From positions 128,486 to 192,485 of the forward strand of contig CAWJRT010000001.1 in assembly GCA_963845325.1 (NCBI GenBank): a stretch of DNA of 64,000 nt. The letters run 5' to 3'. The position numbers and the translations under genes are program-made. Below the pieces are notes generated by a model, which worked only from the letters and a program-made list of their open reading frames with translations, was not told where the DNA came from and searched no databases. Position 1 is the first letter of the stretch; each line of letters begins with the position of its first letter. Shown here in pieces: positions 20,959 to 31,914 of this stretch. The DNA is from an uncultured Spirochaetota bacterium. Its GTDB lineage: Bacteria > Spirochaetota > Spirochaetia > SZUA-6 > Fen-1364.

Positions 20959-22870
20959 GTGGCTGATCCTGTCCTGGGCGCTGTTCTCGTTCCCCTGTGC
21001 CCGCTGGCGGCATTCGCTCTGACCTGGCTCTTCGCTCGAGGGAGCCCGGCGGCCGCGGCCGCGCTGTCACTCTCCGCGATCGCCGTTTCCCTTGTCCTGT
21101 CCCTGCTTCTTCTCCTGGGACAGGCCCATGCGCCGGCGGTCATCCAGGCGGACATTCCCTGGATGCCGACCGGACGCCTGGCCATCAGCATGGGAGTTCT
21201 CCTGAACCCGCTCAGCGCTCTCATGGCGGTGATCGTCACGGGCGTGAGCCTCCTGGTGCAGGTCTACTCCCTGGGGTACATGAGGGGTGACCCGGGTTTC
21301 CCGCGGTTCTTCTCCTACCTTTCGCTGTTCTCTTTTTCCATGCTCGCCCTTGTCCTTGCCGACAACTTCATCCTGCTGTACATGGCCTGGGAGCTCGTCG
21401 GACTCTGCTCCTACCTGCTCATCGGGTTCTGGTACCAGAAACCGGAGGCGGCGCGCGCGGCAAAGAAGGCATTCGTCGTCACCCGGGTCGGAGACCTGGG
21501 GTTCCTGATCGGCATCCTTGTGCTGAGCATCCTGGCAGGGACCTTCGATTTTGCGGGAGTAGCGCGCTTCATTGGCGCTGGCAGCGTGCCCCAGGGCCAG
21601 GTGACGCTCGTGGTGCTGCTTCTGTTCTGCGGCGCCGTGGGGAAGAGCGGGCAGTTCCCGCTCCATGTCTGGCTGCCGGATGCAATGGAGGGGCCCACCC
21701 CGGTGTCGGCTCTCATCCATTCGGCCACAATGGTGGCCGCCGGCGTTTTCATGGTTGCGCGCCTGTACGGGATCTTCCAGGCCAGTCCTGACGCCCTTCG
21801 CGTAGTGGCCGGGCTCGGGGCTTTCACCGCCGTGTTTGCCGCAGCAATTGCACTTGCCCAGGACGATATCAAGCGAATCCTTGCATATTCCACGATCAGC
21901 CAGTTGGGCTACATGATGCTCGCGCTGGGCGTCGGAGGAAGCGTGGCCGTCGGGGGAGGTGGCGGCGGAACGGGGCCGGCCTTTTCCACCTCACGACGCA
22001 CGCGGCCTTCAAGACGCTGCTGTTCCTTGGCGCGGGAAGCGTGATCCATGCCCTGGGCACGAACAACATCCGCCAGATGGGCGGCCTGGGCCGGAAGATG
22101 CCTGTCACGGCTGTCACCTTTGCCGTGGCCGTGCTCGCGATAGCCGGCATTTTCCCCCTGTCGGGCTTCTGGAGCAAGGACGCCATCCTGGAGTCAGTCC
22201 GCGGCGGCGGGCACACGGTGTTGTACTCCGTGGCGCTCGGCACCGTGTTTCTCACTGCCGTGTACATGTCGCGCCTGTTCTTCCTTGCATTTACCGGTGT
22301 TCCCCGCGGGACAGCCACGGCTCACGAGTCTCCCGCGGTCATGACGATTCCCCTGGTCATACTTGCCGTCCTTGCCGCCGGCCTTGGCTTTGCAGGAGTC
22401 CCTTCTTTCCTCGACCCCCTGGCGCATCCGGCAAGCGTGGATATCGGAACTCTCCTGCTGTCCAATGGTCTTGCCGCTGCCGGCATCCTTGTTGCGTTCC
22501 TTGCATTCGGACCGAGGCGCCGGTGCAGACCGAGCCTCTCCGACCGGGCCCCGTGTACTCACTGCTTGCCAACAAGTTCTACATCGACGAGCTGTACCTG
22601 CTCCTCATTCGCGGCCTTTACTTCACTCTCACTGCCGCTGTCGCCTGGTTTGACCGTCACGTGGTGGACGGGATGGTCAACCTGGCAGGCGGAGCATCGA
22701 AAAAGGGTGGGGCGCTCCTGAGGCGGACGCTTGCGGGCAAAGTTCAGGGCTACGCACTGATTGTTACAGCAGGCGTTCTCGTTGCGCTTGTCGCCCTGCT
22801 GGCAATGGGCATTGGGTTGTTCGGGCCAGGGCCGTTCGGGGGGGCATTCCCCGGGGGTGCCGGGAAATGA
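20959..22870 (+). pseudogene. nuoL: NADH-quinone oxidoreductase subunit L; frame breaks near 21950 and 22510
   Basis: GTG at 20959 follows GGAGGA. WELVGLCSYLLIGFW, GKSGQFPLHVWLPDAMEGPTPVSALIHSATMVAAG, LFHLTTHAAFKTLLFLGAGSVIH (second frame) and ANKFYIDELY (third frame) identify the subunit. Confidence 0.9.
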
Positions 22871-24373
22871 GCTTTCCCTTTCTCACCACGATCTTCTGTC
22901 TCCCGCTCCTGGCAGTGCTCATCATTTTCTGCATTCCTGCCCGGCGGCAATCAGCAATCAGGATTGTCGCACTGGCAAGCTCCGCACTCGCCCTTGCCAT
23001 GACTGTTTTTCTGTTCTTCACGTACGACCGTGCCGCGGGCGGCTTGCAGCTCGTCGAGAAGGTGCCGTGGATCCCCACCCTGGGCATCTCGTACTTCGTG
23101 GGAGTGAACGGCATCAACGTCATACTTCTTCTGCTCACGGGCGTCATCATCACGGCTGGCGTGCTGGCTTCGTGGGATGTGGTGCACCGCCAGAAAGAGT
23201 TCTTTATCCTCCTTCTCACGCTCACGACCGGCGTCTTCGGCGTTTTCATGTCCTGGAATCTCTTCCTCTTCTTCCTCTTTTACGAGGTCGCCGTACTGCC
23301 GATGTACTTGCTCATCGGGATCTGGGGAACCGGGAGGAAGGAATACGCGGCAATGAAGCTGACCCTGTACCTCATGGCCGGCAGCGCGCTTATCCTTGCG
23401 GGAATCCTGGGCCTCTACTTTGCCTCCGGGCAGCGCACGTTCGACCTGGACGTGCTGGAAAAGGCAGCCTTCGATCCGGTGTTCCAGAAGGTTTTCTTCC
23501 CGATCCTGTTCATCGGGTTCGGGATCCTCGCCGCCCTCTGGCCGTTTCACACCTGGTCCCCGGACGGCCACGCGTCTGCCCCGACCGCAGTCTCCATGCT
23601 CCATGCCGGGGTGCTCATGAAGCTCGGCGCGTACGGGTGTCTTCTTGTGCCGATGACCCTCCTTCCTGACGGCGCCCGTTTCTGGCTGCCCTTTGTGGCG
23701 CTGCTGGCGCTGGTGAACATCGTGTACGGATCCCTGGGCGCCACGGCGCAGAAGGATCTGAAATACATCGTGGCGTACTCCAGCGTGAGCCACATGGGAA
23801 TCGTGATGCTTGGGCTGGCCGCCATGAATGAAACGGCAATCGGCGGGGCGGTCCTTCAGATGTTTTCCCACGGGATCATGACAGGCCTTTTCTTTGCGCT
23901 GGTGGGGATGATCTATGGCCGCACGCACACGAGGATTGTCGGGGAGATGGGAGGGCTTGCCGCCCGGGTGCCGGCACTGGCTGCCTTCTTCGTCCTCACG
24001 GGACTCACGTCGCTGGGCCTTCCGGGCCTGAGCGGTTTCCCCGCGGAGCTCGCTGTTTTCATCGGCGCTTTCCGTGCGTACCCCGTGGTGACCGTAGTGT
24101 GCACGACGGGCATCGTTATCACGGCTTTCTACGTCCTGCGGCTCCTGCAGAGGATGCTGTTCGGTGCCAGCCCGGTCGCTCCAGCAGCGCAGGTCGGCGC
24201 ACCATGCGCCTGGCGATGCAAAATCCGCCTTCGGCGATGCGAACAAGATCGAGTTCCTTGCCCTGGGGCTGCTGATGCTCTTCATTTTCGTCGTCGGGCT
24301 GTACCCGCTTCCGTTCGTCCGGTTGATCGGCACAGCGGTGGCTCCCGTGGCAGCAAAGCTGGGAGGCATGTGA
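22867..24373 (+). pseudogene. nuoM: NADH-quinone oxidoreductase subunit M; frame break near 24170
   Basis: ATGA overlap with nuoL. Recognised from FLFYEVAVLPMYLLIGIWG, FHTWSPDGHASAPTAVSMLHAGVLMKLG and AYSSVSHMG. The C-terminus EFLALGLLMLFIFVVGLYP lies in ORF 24164-24373. Confidence 0.9.
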
Positions 24374-24374
24374 G

Positions 24375-25802
24375 GTGAGCGTGGCGCCCTACAGCGTGGA
24401 ACTTTGCACAGCGGCGCTGCTCGTGGCCGTGCTCCTGGCGGACCTGCTCGCACCGCGGGGGAAAAACGTCGTCTGGACGGTCTTCCTCCTGGGGATGATC
24501 GTGGTCCTTGGTGTCTCGTTGGCAGCCAGAGGGGAGCTTTCCCTCTTCGGTGGCTCGTATGCGGGTGATGGGCTTTCGTGGCTGTCGAAGATCGTGATCG
24601 TGATCGGCACGGGGCTGGTCGGCGCCGTCTCCGTGAGCTCGCTCCCGATCCGGGAAAAGTATCACGGCGCCTATGCCGCACTCCTCCTTGGCGCGGCCCT
24701 GGGCATGATGGTGCTCGTCTCTTCCCGCGAGCTTGTGACCATGTACGTCGGGCTGGAGACCTCCGCTGTCAGCTTGTACGGCCTGGCGGCCATTGCAAAG
24801 AAGGACGTGCTTTCCCTGGAAGCAGGGATCAAGTACCTGGTCATCGGCGCACTTTCGTCGGGAGTGCTCCTCTACGGACTTGCCCTCGTCTACGCGGGAA
24901 CGGGCTCGACCGCCCTGGACGGCATCCGCTCCGCGCTCGCCGCACAGGCCCTCACCCCGCTCGTTGCGGCAGGCATCGTCCTCACGCTGCTCGGTGTCGG
25001 GTTCAAGATCACCATGGTGCCGATGCACGTGTGGACCCCTGATGTCTACCAGGGGGCGCCGACTGCAGTCTCCGCGTTCATTTCCGTGGTTTCAAAATCC
25101 GCGGGTTTCGTCTTTGCAATCCGGATGTTCTCTTTCACATTCGTGGACCTGCGGCAGGTGTGGGAGCCCCTGGTCATTGCAGGGGCAGTGCTGACGATGA
25201 CCGTGGGCAATCTCGCCGCAATCCCGCAGGCCAACGTCAAGAGGCTTCTCGCCTATTCCTCGATCTCGCAGGCCGGCTACCTGCTGGTCGGCTTCCTCGG
25301 AAATCCTTCAACCGGGACCAGTACGGTCCTGTTCTACCTCCTCGTCTACACCTTTGCCAACGTCGGCGCGTTTTCCGCGGTCATCGCATTTTCCTCCTCC
25401 ACCGGCTCCGACCTGCTTGCAGACTACGCCGGCCTTGCCCGGCGCAGTCCCGCGCTCGCGCTGGCCTTCACATTTGCGCTCCTCTCGCTGGCAGGCATCC
25501 CGCCGCTGGGCGGGTTCGTCGGAAAGCTGTATCTCTTCTCGGCGGCAATGGAGCGTGGGTACCTGTGGCTTGTCGTTGTTGCCGCCTTGAACAGCGTGGT
25601 TTCGCTGTACTACTATCTGCTCGTCCTGAAGCAGATGTACATCGCCGAGCCTCCCGCCGGGTCCGTGCCGCCGCATGTTGCCCTCTCGGTGAAGGCCGTG
25701 CTCCTTCTATCTACCGTCGGGACATTCTGGCTTGGCATCCTCCCCGGGTCGGTCATGCGGGTCTTTTCCGAGGTGTCGACCCGGATCTTTCAAGGACGGT
25801 GA
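24375..25802 (+). CDS. nuoN: NADH-quinone oxidoreductase subunit N
   Basis: Intact 475-aa ORF starting with GTG. Recognised from VPMHVWTPDVYQGAPTAVSAF and LLAYSSISQAGY. Confidence 0.9.
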   Translation: MSVAPYSVELCTAALLVAVLLADLLAPRGKNVVWTVFLLGMIVVLGVSLAARGELSLFGGSYAGDGLSWLSKIVIVIGTGLVGAVSVSSLPIREKYHGAYAALLLGAALGMMVLVSSRELVTMYVGLETSAVSLYGLAAIAKKDVLSLEAGIKYLVIGALSSGVLLYGLALVYAGTGSTALDGIRSALAAQALTPLVAAGIVLTLLGVGFKITMVPMHVWTPDVYQGAPTAVSAFISVVSKSAGFVFAIRMFSFTFVDLRQVWEPLVIAGAVLTMTVGNLAAIPQANVKRLLAYSSISQAGYLLVGFLGNPSTGTSTVLFYLLVYTFANVGAFSAVIAFSSSTGSDLLADYAGLARRSPALALAFTFALLSLAGIPPLGGFVGKLYLFSAAMERGYLWLVVVAALNSVVSLYYYLLVLKQMYIAEPPAGSVPPHVALSVKAVLLLSTVGTFWLGILPGSVMRVFSEVSTRIFQGR

Positions 25803-25812
25803 AAACGAAGAG

Positions 25813-26950
25813 ATGGCTGCCGGGACGTCCCACGTGATCCAGGACCCGTACAACGCGATCATCACCTCCGTTGCCCTGCCCCGGGAGCTCGCCGGCCGAA
25901 GGACCGCTTGCGGGGCGCACGCTGCTCGTCAAGGACCTGATCGACACGGCAGGGATCCGCACGACATACGGCTCGCGACTCTACGCAACGCACATCCCCT
26001 CCCGAAATGCGACCGTTGTCAATCGCGCCGTTCGGGCAGGGGCCGTCATCGCGGGGAAGGCGAACATGCCGGAGTTCGCCTGGAGCGTTCTTGGGCAGAA
26101 CCCATGGTACGGGACCGTCCACAACCCCGCTCACCCCGGAAAGACCACGGGCGGCTCGAGCGCCGGGAACGCCGCGGCACTCGCCGCCGGCCTGGTAGAT
26201 CTCGGGATCGGCTCCGACACCGGCTGCTCGATCCGGCTCCCGTCTGCCGCGTGCGGAACCGTTGGGCTGAAGTCACGCTGGGGCGTGATACCGACCGACG
26301 GCGTTTTCCCCCTCGTGCCCATGCTCGACACCGTCGGGCCGATGGCGCGTACGGTCAGCGATGTCGCGCTGCTGTGGTCGGTGCTTGCGGAACGCCCCGT
26401 TCCCAAGCCGCGCCTCCGGGGGCTCGTCGTGGGGCTGCTGCGGCAGCCGCCCGGGATCGGCGACGGCCTGCCGACCGAGACGAGCGACCTCGCCGAGCAC
26501 CATGTCGCCGACCTCCAGCGGCTCGGCGCCCGTGTCGTCGAGGCGAGCATCCCGGAACCCACCGCGAACACCCGTCCGCAGTTCCTCTACGAGGCCCTGC
26601 AGTCGCACGCGGCTACGTTTCCGAAGCGTGCGGAGGAGTACGGCGCGGTGATGCGCCACAAGCTCGAGGACGCCCAGAAAGTCGACCTTGGTGACGTAGC
26701 CGCGGCGTACGCGGCGCTGAAGGAATGGCGCCGCTACCAGCCTGATGTGGACCTGTACGTCAGCCCGTGCTTCACTGTCGAGCTGCCGCCCGAAGACTCA
26801 CATGAGTCGGATGTCCGGCTGCCTCTCTCCCATTTCATGCGCTGGGTCAACCTGACCGGCTGGGCGGGCCTTGCCATTGGCAATCTCCAGCTCATTGCAC
26901 CGCACGACGAGACGGTGCTGGCGGCCGGCCTCGTTCTCGAACGCGGGTGA
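25813..26950 (+). pseudogene. Amidase-signature family amidase; frame break near 25885
   Basis: MAAGTSHVIQDPYNAIIT begins at ATG 25813. In the frame of ORF 25871 the sequence continues as GPLAGRTLLVKDLIDTAGIRTTYGS..GGSSAGNAAALAAGL..GSDTGCSIRLPSA. Confidence 0.8.
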
Positions 26951-26960
26951 GGCTGCGGTT

Positions 26961-26989
26961 TTGAAAATGGCTCTAAATTTTCGTATCCT
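26961..26989 (+). promoter_or_regulatory. Candidate sigma-70-type promoter for korAB
   Basis: TTGAAA-N17-TATCCT lies in a locally AT-rich intergenic patch about 100 nt upstream of korA. Confidence 0.35.
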
Positions 26990-27090
26990 CGTAGCACGAT
27001 GGTGATCAGCGCGGCAAGAGCCGCTTCCCTTCTCCAGTCACACCTGTATTTCGCCATCGCGGCGCTCCCGCGCGATTGGCCGCCGCAGAG

Positions 27091-28967
27091 ATGGGGAGGG
27101 TCCCGGTGACTCCGCCGGGGGTTGGGGGCCAGAAGCAGTTCGTCCAGGCCCGCTCCGGCACCGTGCGCTTTGCCGGGGATTCCGGAGACGGGATGCAGGT
27201 GGCCGGCAGCCAGTTTGCCGACATCGTGGCGATGAGCGGCGCCGTTGCCCGAACCCTTCCCGATGTGCCGTCGGAGATCCGGGCGCCTGCCGGGTCCCTC
27301 AGCGGCGTGAGCGGATTCCAGGTAAGCTTCGGCGATGAGGAGGTGCGCACCCCCGGTGACGCCCCCTACGTCCTGGTGGCCATGAACCCCGCCGCGCTGA
27401 AGGTGAACCTTCCCGACCTTCAGCCCGGGGGAATCATTATCGTGGATGAGGACGGGTTCACGCCGGCGAATTTGGAAAGGGCTGGCTATGCGGCAAACCC
27501 CCTGGAGGGAGACACGCTGTCGGCATACCGGCTCATCCCCGTGGCCATGACCCGGCTCAACGCGGAGGCGGTGGCGCGCTTCGAGCTCCCCCCGAAAGAG
27601 GCCGCCCGGTGCAGGAACTTCTACGCCCTGGGCATCACGATCTGGCTTTACGACCGCCCCCTTCAGCCCATGCTGGAGTGGCTGATGGGGAAGTTTCGCG
27701 GGCACCCGTCAGTGATGGGCGGCAACGGGGCGAGCCTGCGGGCGGGATACAATTTTGCAGACACCGCTGAGCTGTTCCGCGTTCAGCTCACGGTTGCCGC
27801 GGCGCACCTTCCACCGGGGCGCTACCGCAGGGTCACCGGCAACGAGGCCGCCGCGCTCGGGCTGATCGCGGCCGCCAATCGGGCGGGCCGCACGCTGGTC
27901 TACGCGAGCTACCCCATCACCCCGGCCAGCGAGATCCTGCACGAGCTTTCCCGGCACAAGGATTTCGACGTCCGTACCCTGCAGACCGAGGACGAGATAG
28001 CCGCGTGCGTGGCTGCCCTGGGCGCGTCTTTTGCCGGCGCCATCGGGGTCACGGGGACCAGCGGGCCGGGATTATCGCTGAAGACCGAGGGCCTCGGCCT
28101 GGCGGTCATGACGGAGCTGCCCCTTGTATGCATTGATGTTCAGCGCGCAGGACCGAGCACGGGGCTTCCCACGAAAACCGAGCAGGCGGATCTCCTGATG
28201 GCGCTGTACGGCCGCCACGGCGAAGCCCCTCTCGTCGTGCTCGCCGCGGCAACGCCGGCGGACTGTTTTGCCATGGCCTTCGAGGCAGTCCGGCTTGCCG
28301 TCACATACATGACGCCGGTTCTTCTTCTCTCCGACAGCTTCCTGGCCAGCAGCGCCGAGCCGTGGAGGATCGTCACCCCCGAGGAGCTGCCGGACCTTCG
28401 CGCCTCCGCAGTGCCGCCCGGGGCCGCTTTCGAGCCGTATGGGCGGGACTCCAGGACCCTTGCCCGGCGCTGGGTTGCACCCGGAACCCCGGGACACGAG
28501 CACCGCATCGGGGGTCTGGAAAAGCTCGACGTGACGGGCACCGTAAGCTACGACGGGGTCAACCACCAGCGGATGGTGGACCTGCGCGCGCAGAAGATCG
28601 AGGGGATCGCGCGCGACATTCCCCCCGCCCAGGTGACGGGCGCTTCCGGGGGGACCTCCTTGTCGTGGGGTGGGGCAGTACTTTCGGGGCCATTGCGGCG
28701 GCGGTTGACGAACTCCATCACGACGGCCGCAGCGTCGGGCACCTGCACCTGCGCTACCTGAACCCATTCCCCTCCAACCTCGCGTCCGTCCTTGCGCGCT
28801 ACGGGCGAATCCTGGTGATCGAGAACAACGGGGGACATCTCCGTTCCCTGCTTCGCGACCGGTTCCTCGTGGACGCGCTCGGCTTCTCGAAAGTGGAGGG
28901 CAGGCCCTTCCGCATCCAGGAGATCCACAGCCGAATCGATACACTGCTGGGAGCACAAGCGCGATGA
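27091..28967 (+). pseudogene. korA: 2-oxoglutarate/2-oxoacid:ferredoxin oxidoreductase subunit alpha (KorA, fused gamma-alpha type); frame break near 28650
   Basis: VRFAGDSGDGMQVAGSQF, YPITPASEIL and GTSGPGLSLKTEGLG identify the subunit. The C-terminus LLVVGWGSTFGAI..YLNPFP..ILVIENN lies in the frame of ORF 28362. An alternative GTG start at 27106 follows GGAGGG. Confidence 0.85.
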
Positions 28968-30022
28968 GCACACCGGATTCAGGATGCTGCCGCGATGACG
29001 ACAGCGGGACGCCCCGCGCGCCGCTCACGAAAAAGGATTTTCAGTCCGGCCAGGAAGTGAAGTGGTGCCCCGGCTGCGGAGCCTACGGAATCCTCGGGCA
29101 GGTGCAGGCGGTGCTGCCGCGCCTGGGCATCCCGCGGGAGAACTTTGTGTTCGTCTCGGGCATCGGCTGCTCATCGAGGTTCACGTACTACCTCGCCACG
29201 TACGGTTTCCACGGGATCCACGGCCGCGCCCCTGCAATAGCAATGGGGGTGAAATGCGCGCGGCCCGACCTCTCGGTCTGGGTCGTCAGCGGGGATGGTG
29301 ACGGGCTTTCCATCGGCACGAACCACCTCGTTCACTGCCTGAGACGCAACCTGGACCTGAACATCCTGCTGCTGAACAACCAGATCTACGGAATGACAAA
29401 AGGGCAGTATTCCCCGACCTCCGAGCTGGGCAAGAAGACCAAGTCCAGCCCCCTGGGAACCATCGAGAATCCCCTGAATCCTGTTTCCCTCGCGCTCACC
29501 GCCGGGGCAACCTTCGTGGCGCGGACGGTGGCTACGGACGCGTCGCACCTCGGGGCGGTGCTGGAGGCGGCGGCCCGTCACAAGGGAGCGTCGTTCGTCG
29601 AAATCAGGGAAAGCTGCGTCGTATTCAACGAAGACTCGCTCGTCACCTTTTCCGACAGGTCGCGCCGCGAAGCGAACTGGGCCTACCTGGAGCCGGGCAA
29701 GCCAGTGCGCTTCGGCAAGGCCGGCGGGAAAGTGATCGCGATGAAGGGGATGGTCCCCCGGGTCGCAGACGTCAATGAGCCCGGCGTACGGGAGGAGGAG
29801 TTTCTCGTCCACGACCCGGGGAACCTCTCCGTTGCGCAGGCCATGTGTCTGGCCGAGCTGCCCCAGCCGGAGTTCCCCACGGCCCTGGGGATTTTCCGCC
29901 AGGTGCAGCGGCCCACCTACGAAGACATGCTCATGGCGCAGATCGACAGCGCGATGGAACGCGGCGGACCGGGAAAGCTCACCTCCCTGCTTGGCGAGGG
30001 CACGACATGGGTGGTTGATTGA
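28964..30022 (+). CDS. korB: 2-oxoglutarate/2-oxoacid:ferredoxin oxidoreductase subunit beta (KorB, TPP-binding)
   Basis: Intact 352 aa with an ATGA overlap with korA. Recognised from WCPGCGAYGIL, GIGCSSRF and SGDGDGLSIGTNHL..NNQIYGMTKGQ. Confidence 0.9.
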   Translation: MSTPDSGCCRDDDSGTPRAPLTKKDFQSGQEVKWCPGCGAYGILGQVQAVLPRLGIPRENFVFVSGIGCSSRFTYYLATYGFHGIHGRAPAIAMGVKCARPDLSVWVVSGDGDGLSIGTNHLVHCLRRNLDLNILLLNNQIYGMTKGQYSPTSELGKKTKSSPLGTIENPLNPVSLALTAGATFVARTVATDASHLGAVLEAAARHKGASFVEIRESCVVFNEDSLVTFSDRSRREANWAYLEPGKPVRFGKAGGKVIAMKGMVPRVADVNEPGVREEEFLVHDPGNLSVAQAMCLAELPQPEFPTALGIFRQVQRPTYEDMLMAQIDSAMERGGPGKLTSLLGEGTTWVVD

Positions 30023-31488
30023 GCGGTCCGGCGCAGGGCACGGCAGGGTCTGAATCCGCCTGGGCCGACTACGAGCTGCCCCTGCACGAAGAACGCGCCG
30101 AGGAGACACGGGAAGGGACTCGCACGGCGATATCCTGGCAGGCCGATCCTGCGGCCGTGCTGCAGAGCCAGGCGTGGTTCTGTTCGCTGCGGTGGTTTGC
30201 CATTGCCGGCCTCGGGGTCCTGGCCCTGCTGTCGACGGACCCCTTTCGAGGCCTGCGGCTCCCCTGGCCTGACCTGGAGCCTGCCTGGCCGGCGTGTGCG
30301 GCCGCCGCTCTCCTGGTGCTCAACCTGACGTACCTGGCCCTGCTGCGACGGGCGACAAGGACCGCGCACTTTCCTGTCGGGGCCCGCCAAATGCCACGGG
30401 GCACCGTGGCCGGGGCAGAACAGGGCCTCTGGATCCAGATCCTGGTCGACCTTGGTGTGCTGACGCTGCTGGTGCATGCGCTGGGAAGCGTCGGCAGCTT
30501 TGCTCCGTTCATGTACCTGTTCCACATCGTGCTTGCCTGCATCTTCTTTCCCTACGGCCGGAGCCTCCTCGTCCTGGCTGCCGCTCTCGGCATGTATATC
30601 GCCTGCCTTGGCCTGGAGATTGCCTTCCTGCCGGGCCCCCGCGCGGGCGGGTTTGCGGCCCCCGGGTGGCAGTGGGTTTCCGTTGCGTTCGTGTCAGCCA
30701 CGGTGTGGTTCCTCGCCTCCCGCCTCTCCAACGCGATCCGGCTGCGCGACAGGGAGCTCATCACCGCCAACCGGCGGCTCGAGGCTGCCCTGGAGGAGCG
30801 GACCGCACACCTCTTGCGAACGACACACCAGCTGAAGGCGCCCTTCGCCGCGATCCATGCGAACACGCAGCTGCTCCTTGAAGGGCTCTGCGGCCGACTC
30901 CCTGAGCCGGCCATGACCGTCATCGGGCAGATCGCGGCCCGCTGCCAGATGCTCTCCCGGGGGATCACCGCCATGCTCCAGTTGACGAACCTCCGCTCCC
31001 GGTCGCAGGCCCTGCCTGAGCGCACGGAGGTGGATCTGGACGCGCTGATCCGCGCCTGCGTGGCAGCCGTGCAGCCGCTCGCGGCGCGACGGGCGATCGC
31101 GGTTGATGAAGATCTGCCCCCTGCCCGGGTGCGGGTTGCACCTGATCACGCGCGCATCATCCTGGAGAACATCATCTCCAACGCCGTCACCTACTCGCGC
31201 GACGGGCAGCGGGTCACGATCTCCCTGAGGCCGTGGACCGGCGGAGGGTCGGTGGTGATGGTGCGCGACCATGGCATCGGGATCATGCCCGAGAAGCTGC
31301 CGCGCATATTCGAGGACTACTATCGCACAACGGAAGGGGCCCGGCACAACAACGCCTCGACGGGACTTGGCCTGGCCATCGTGCGCCAGAGCGCGCTGGC
31401 CAGCGGCATCGGTGTGCAGGTGAGGAGCGCACCGGACCTGGGCACCGAGTTCTCGGTGACATTCCCGGATGCCGCGGGTGCTTCGTGA
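30019..31488 (+). CDS. Membrane sensor histidine kinase (multi-TM N-terminal sensor, HisKA, HATPase)
   Basis: 489-aa ORF whose TTG start overlaps the korB stop; the true start may be further downstream. It has about 5 TM helices, the H-box TTHQLKAPFAAIHAN, the N-box ILENIISNAVTY and the G-boxes RDHGIGI and STGLGLAIV. Confidence 0.8.
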   Translation: MSGPAQGTAGSESAWADYELPLHEERAEETREGTRTAISWQADPAAVLQSQAWFCSLRWFAIAGLGVLALLSTDPFRGLRLPWPDLEPAWPACAAAALLVLNLTYLALLRRATRTAHFPVGARQMPRGTVAGAEQGLWIQILVDLGVLTLLVHALGSVGSFAPFMYLFHIVLACIFFPYGRSLLVLAAALGMYIACLGLEIAFLPGPRAGGFAAPGWQWVSVAFVSATVWFLASRLSNAIRLRDRELITANRRLEAALEERTAHLLRTTHQLKAPFAAIHANTQLLLEGLCGRLPEPAMTVIGQIAARCQMLSRGITAMLQLTNLRSRSQALPERTEVDLDALIRACVAAVQPLAARRAIAVDEDLPPARVRVAPDHARIILENIISNAVTYSRDGQRVTISLRPWTGGGSVVMVRDHGIGIMPEKLPRIFEDYYRTTEGARHNNASTGLGLAIVRQSALASGIGVQVRSAPDLGTEFSVTFPDAAGAS

Positions 31489-31510
31489 AGGCCGGCGAGG
31501 AGGCGAACGA

Positions 31511-31903
31511 ATGGCGTACGTGCTGATCGTGGATGATGATGCCGATTTCGCTTCCGCGGTGAGCACCGCGCTGCGGGCACGGGGTCACGAGACCCGGATT
31601 GAGACGGATTGCGCCAGGACGCTGCCGAGCATCGGCGAGAGACGTCCGGACGCCGTCATCCTTGACGTGATGTTCCCCGAGAACGACAAGGCGGGGTTCG
31701 AGGCCGCGCGTGCCATCCGGAGAACCTTTGGAACCGTCGGGGTAATTCTGCTGACCGCGGTGAACCAGGCCTTCCCGCTGGGCTTCAGCGACAAGGACCT
31801 CGACCCGGCGTGGCTGCCTGCGCTCAGCTTCCTTGAAAAGCCGGTAGACCTTGCTCACCTGTGCGAAATCGTGGTCCAGGTCACCGCCCGGACTTCGGCC
31901 TGA
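31511..31903 (+). CDS. Stand-alone response-regulator receiver protein (no output domain)
   Basis: Recognised from MAYVLIVDDDADF, AVILDVMFPE, LLTAV and EKP. It is 130 aa and lies 22 nt after the kinase. Confidence 0.8.
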   Translation: MAYVLIVDDDADFASAVSTALRARGHETRIETDCARTLPSIGERRPDAVILDVMFPENDKAGFEAARAIRRTFGTVGVILLTAVNQAFPLGFSDKDLDPAWLPALSFLEKPVDLAHLCEIVVQVTARTSA

Positions 31904-31914
31904 CCGGCCCTGGG

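Noticed and set aside
22951-24681. 576-aa ORF on the minus strand
   Set aside because: It is antisense to nuoM/nuoN. Its composition is biased and no domain is recognisable. It is a high-GC shadow ORF.
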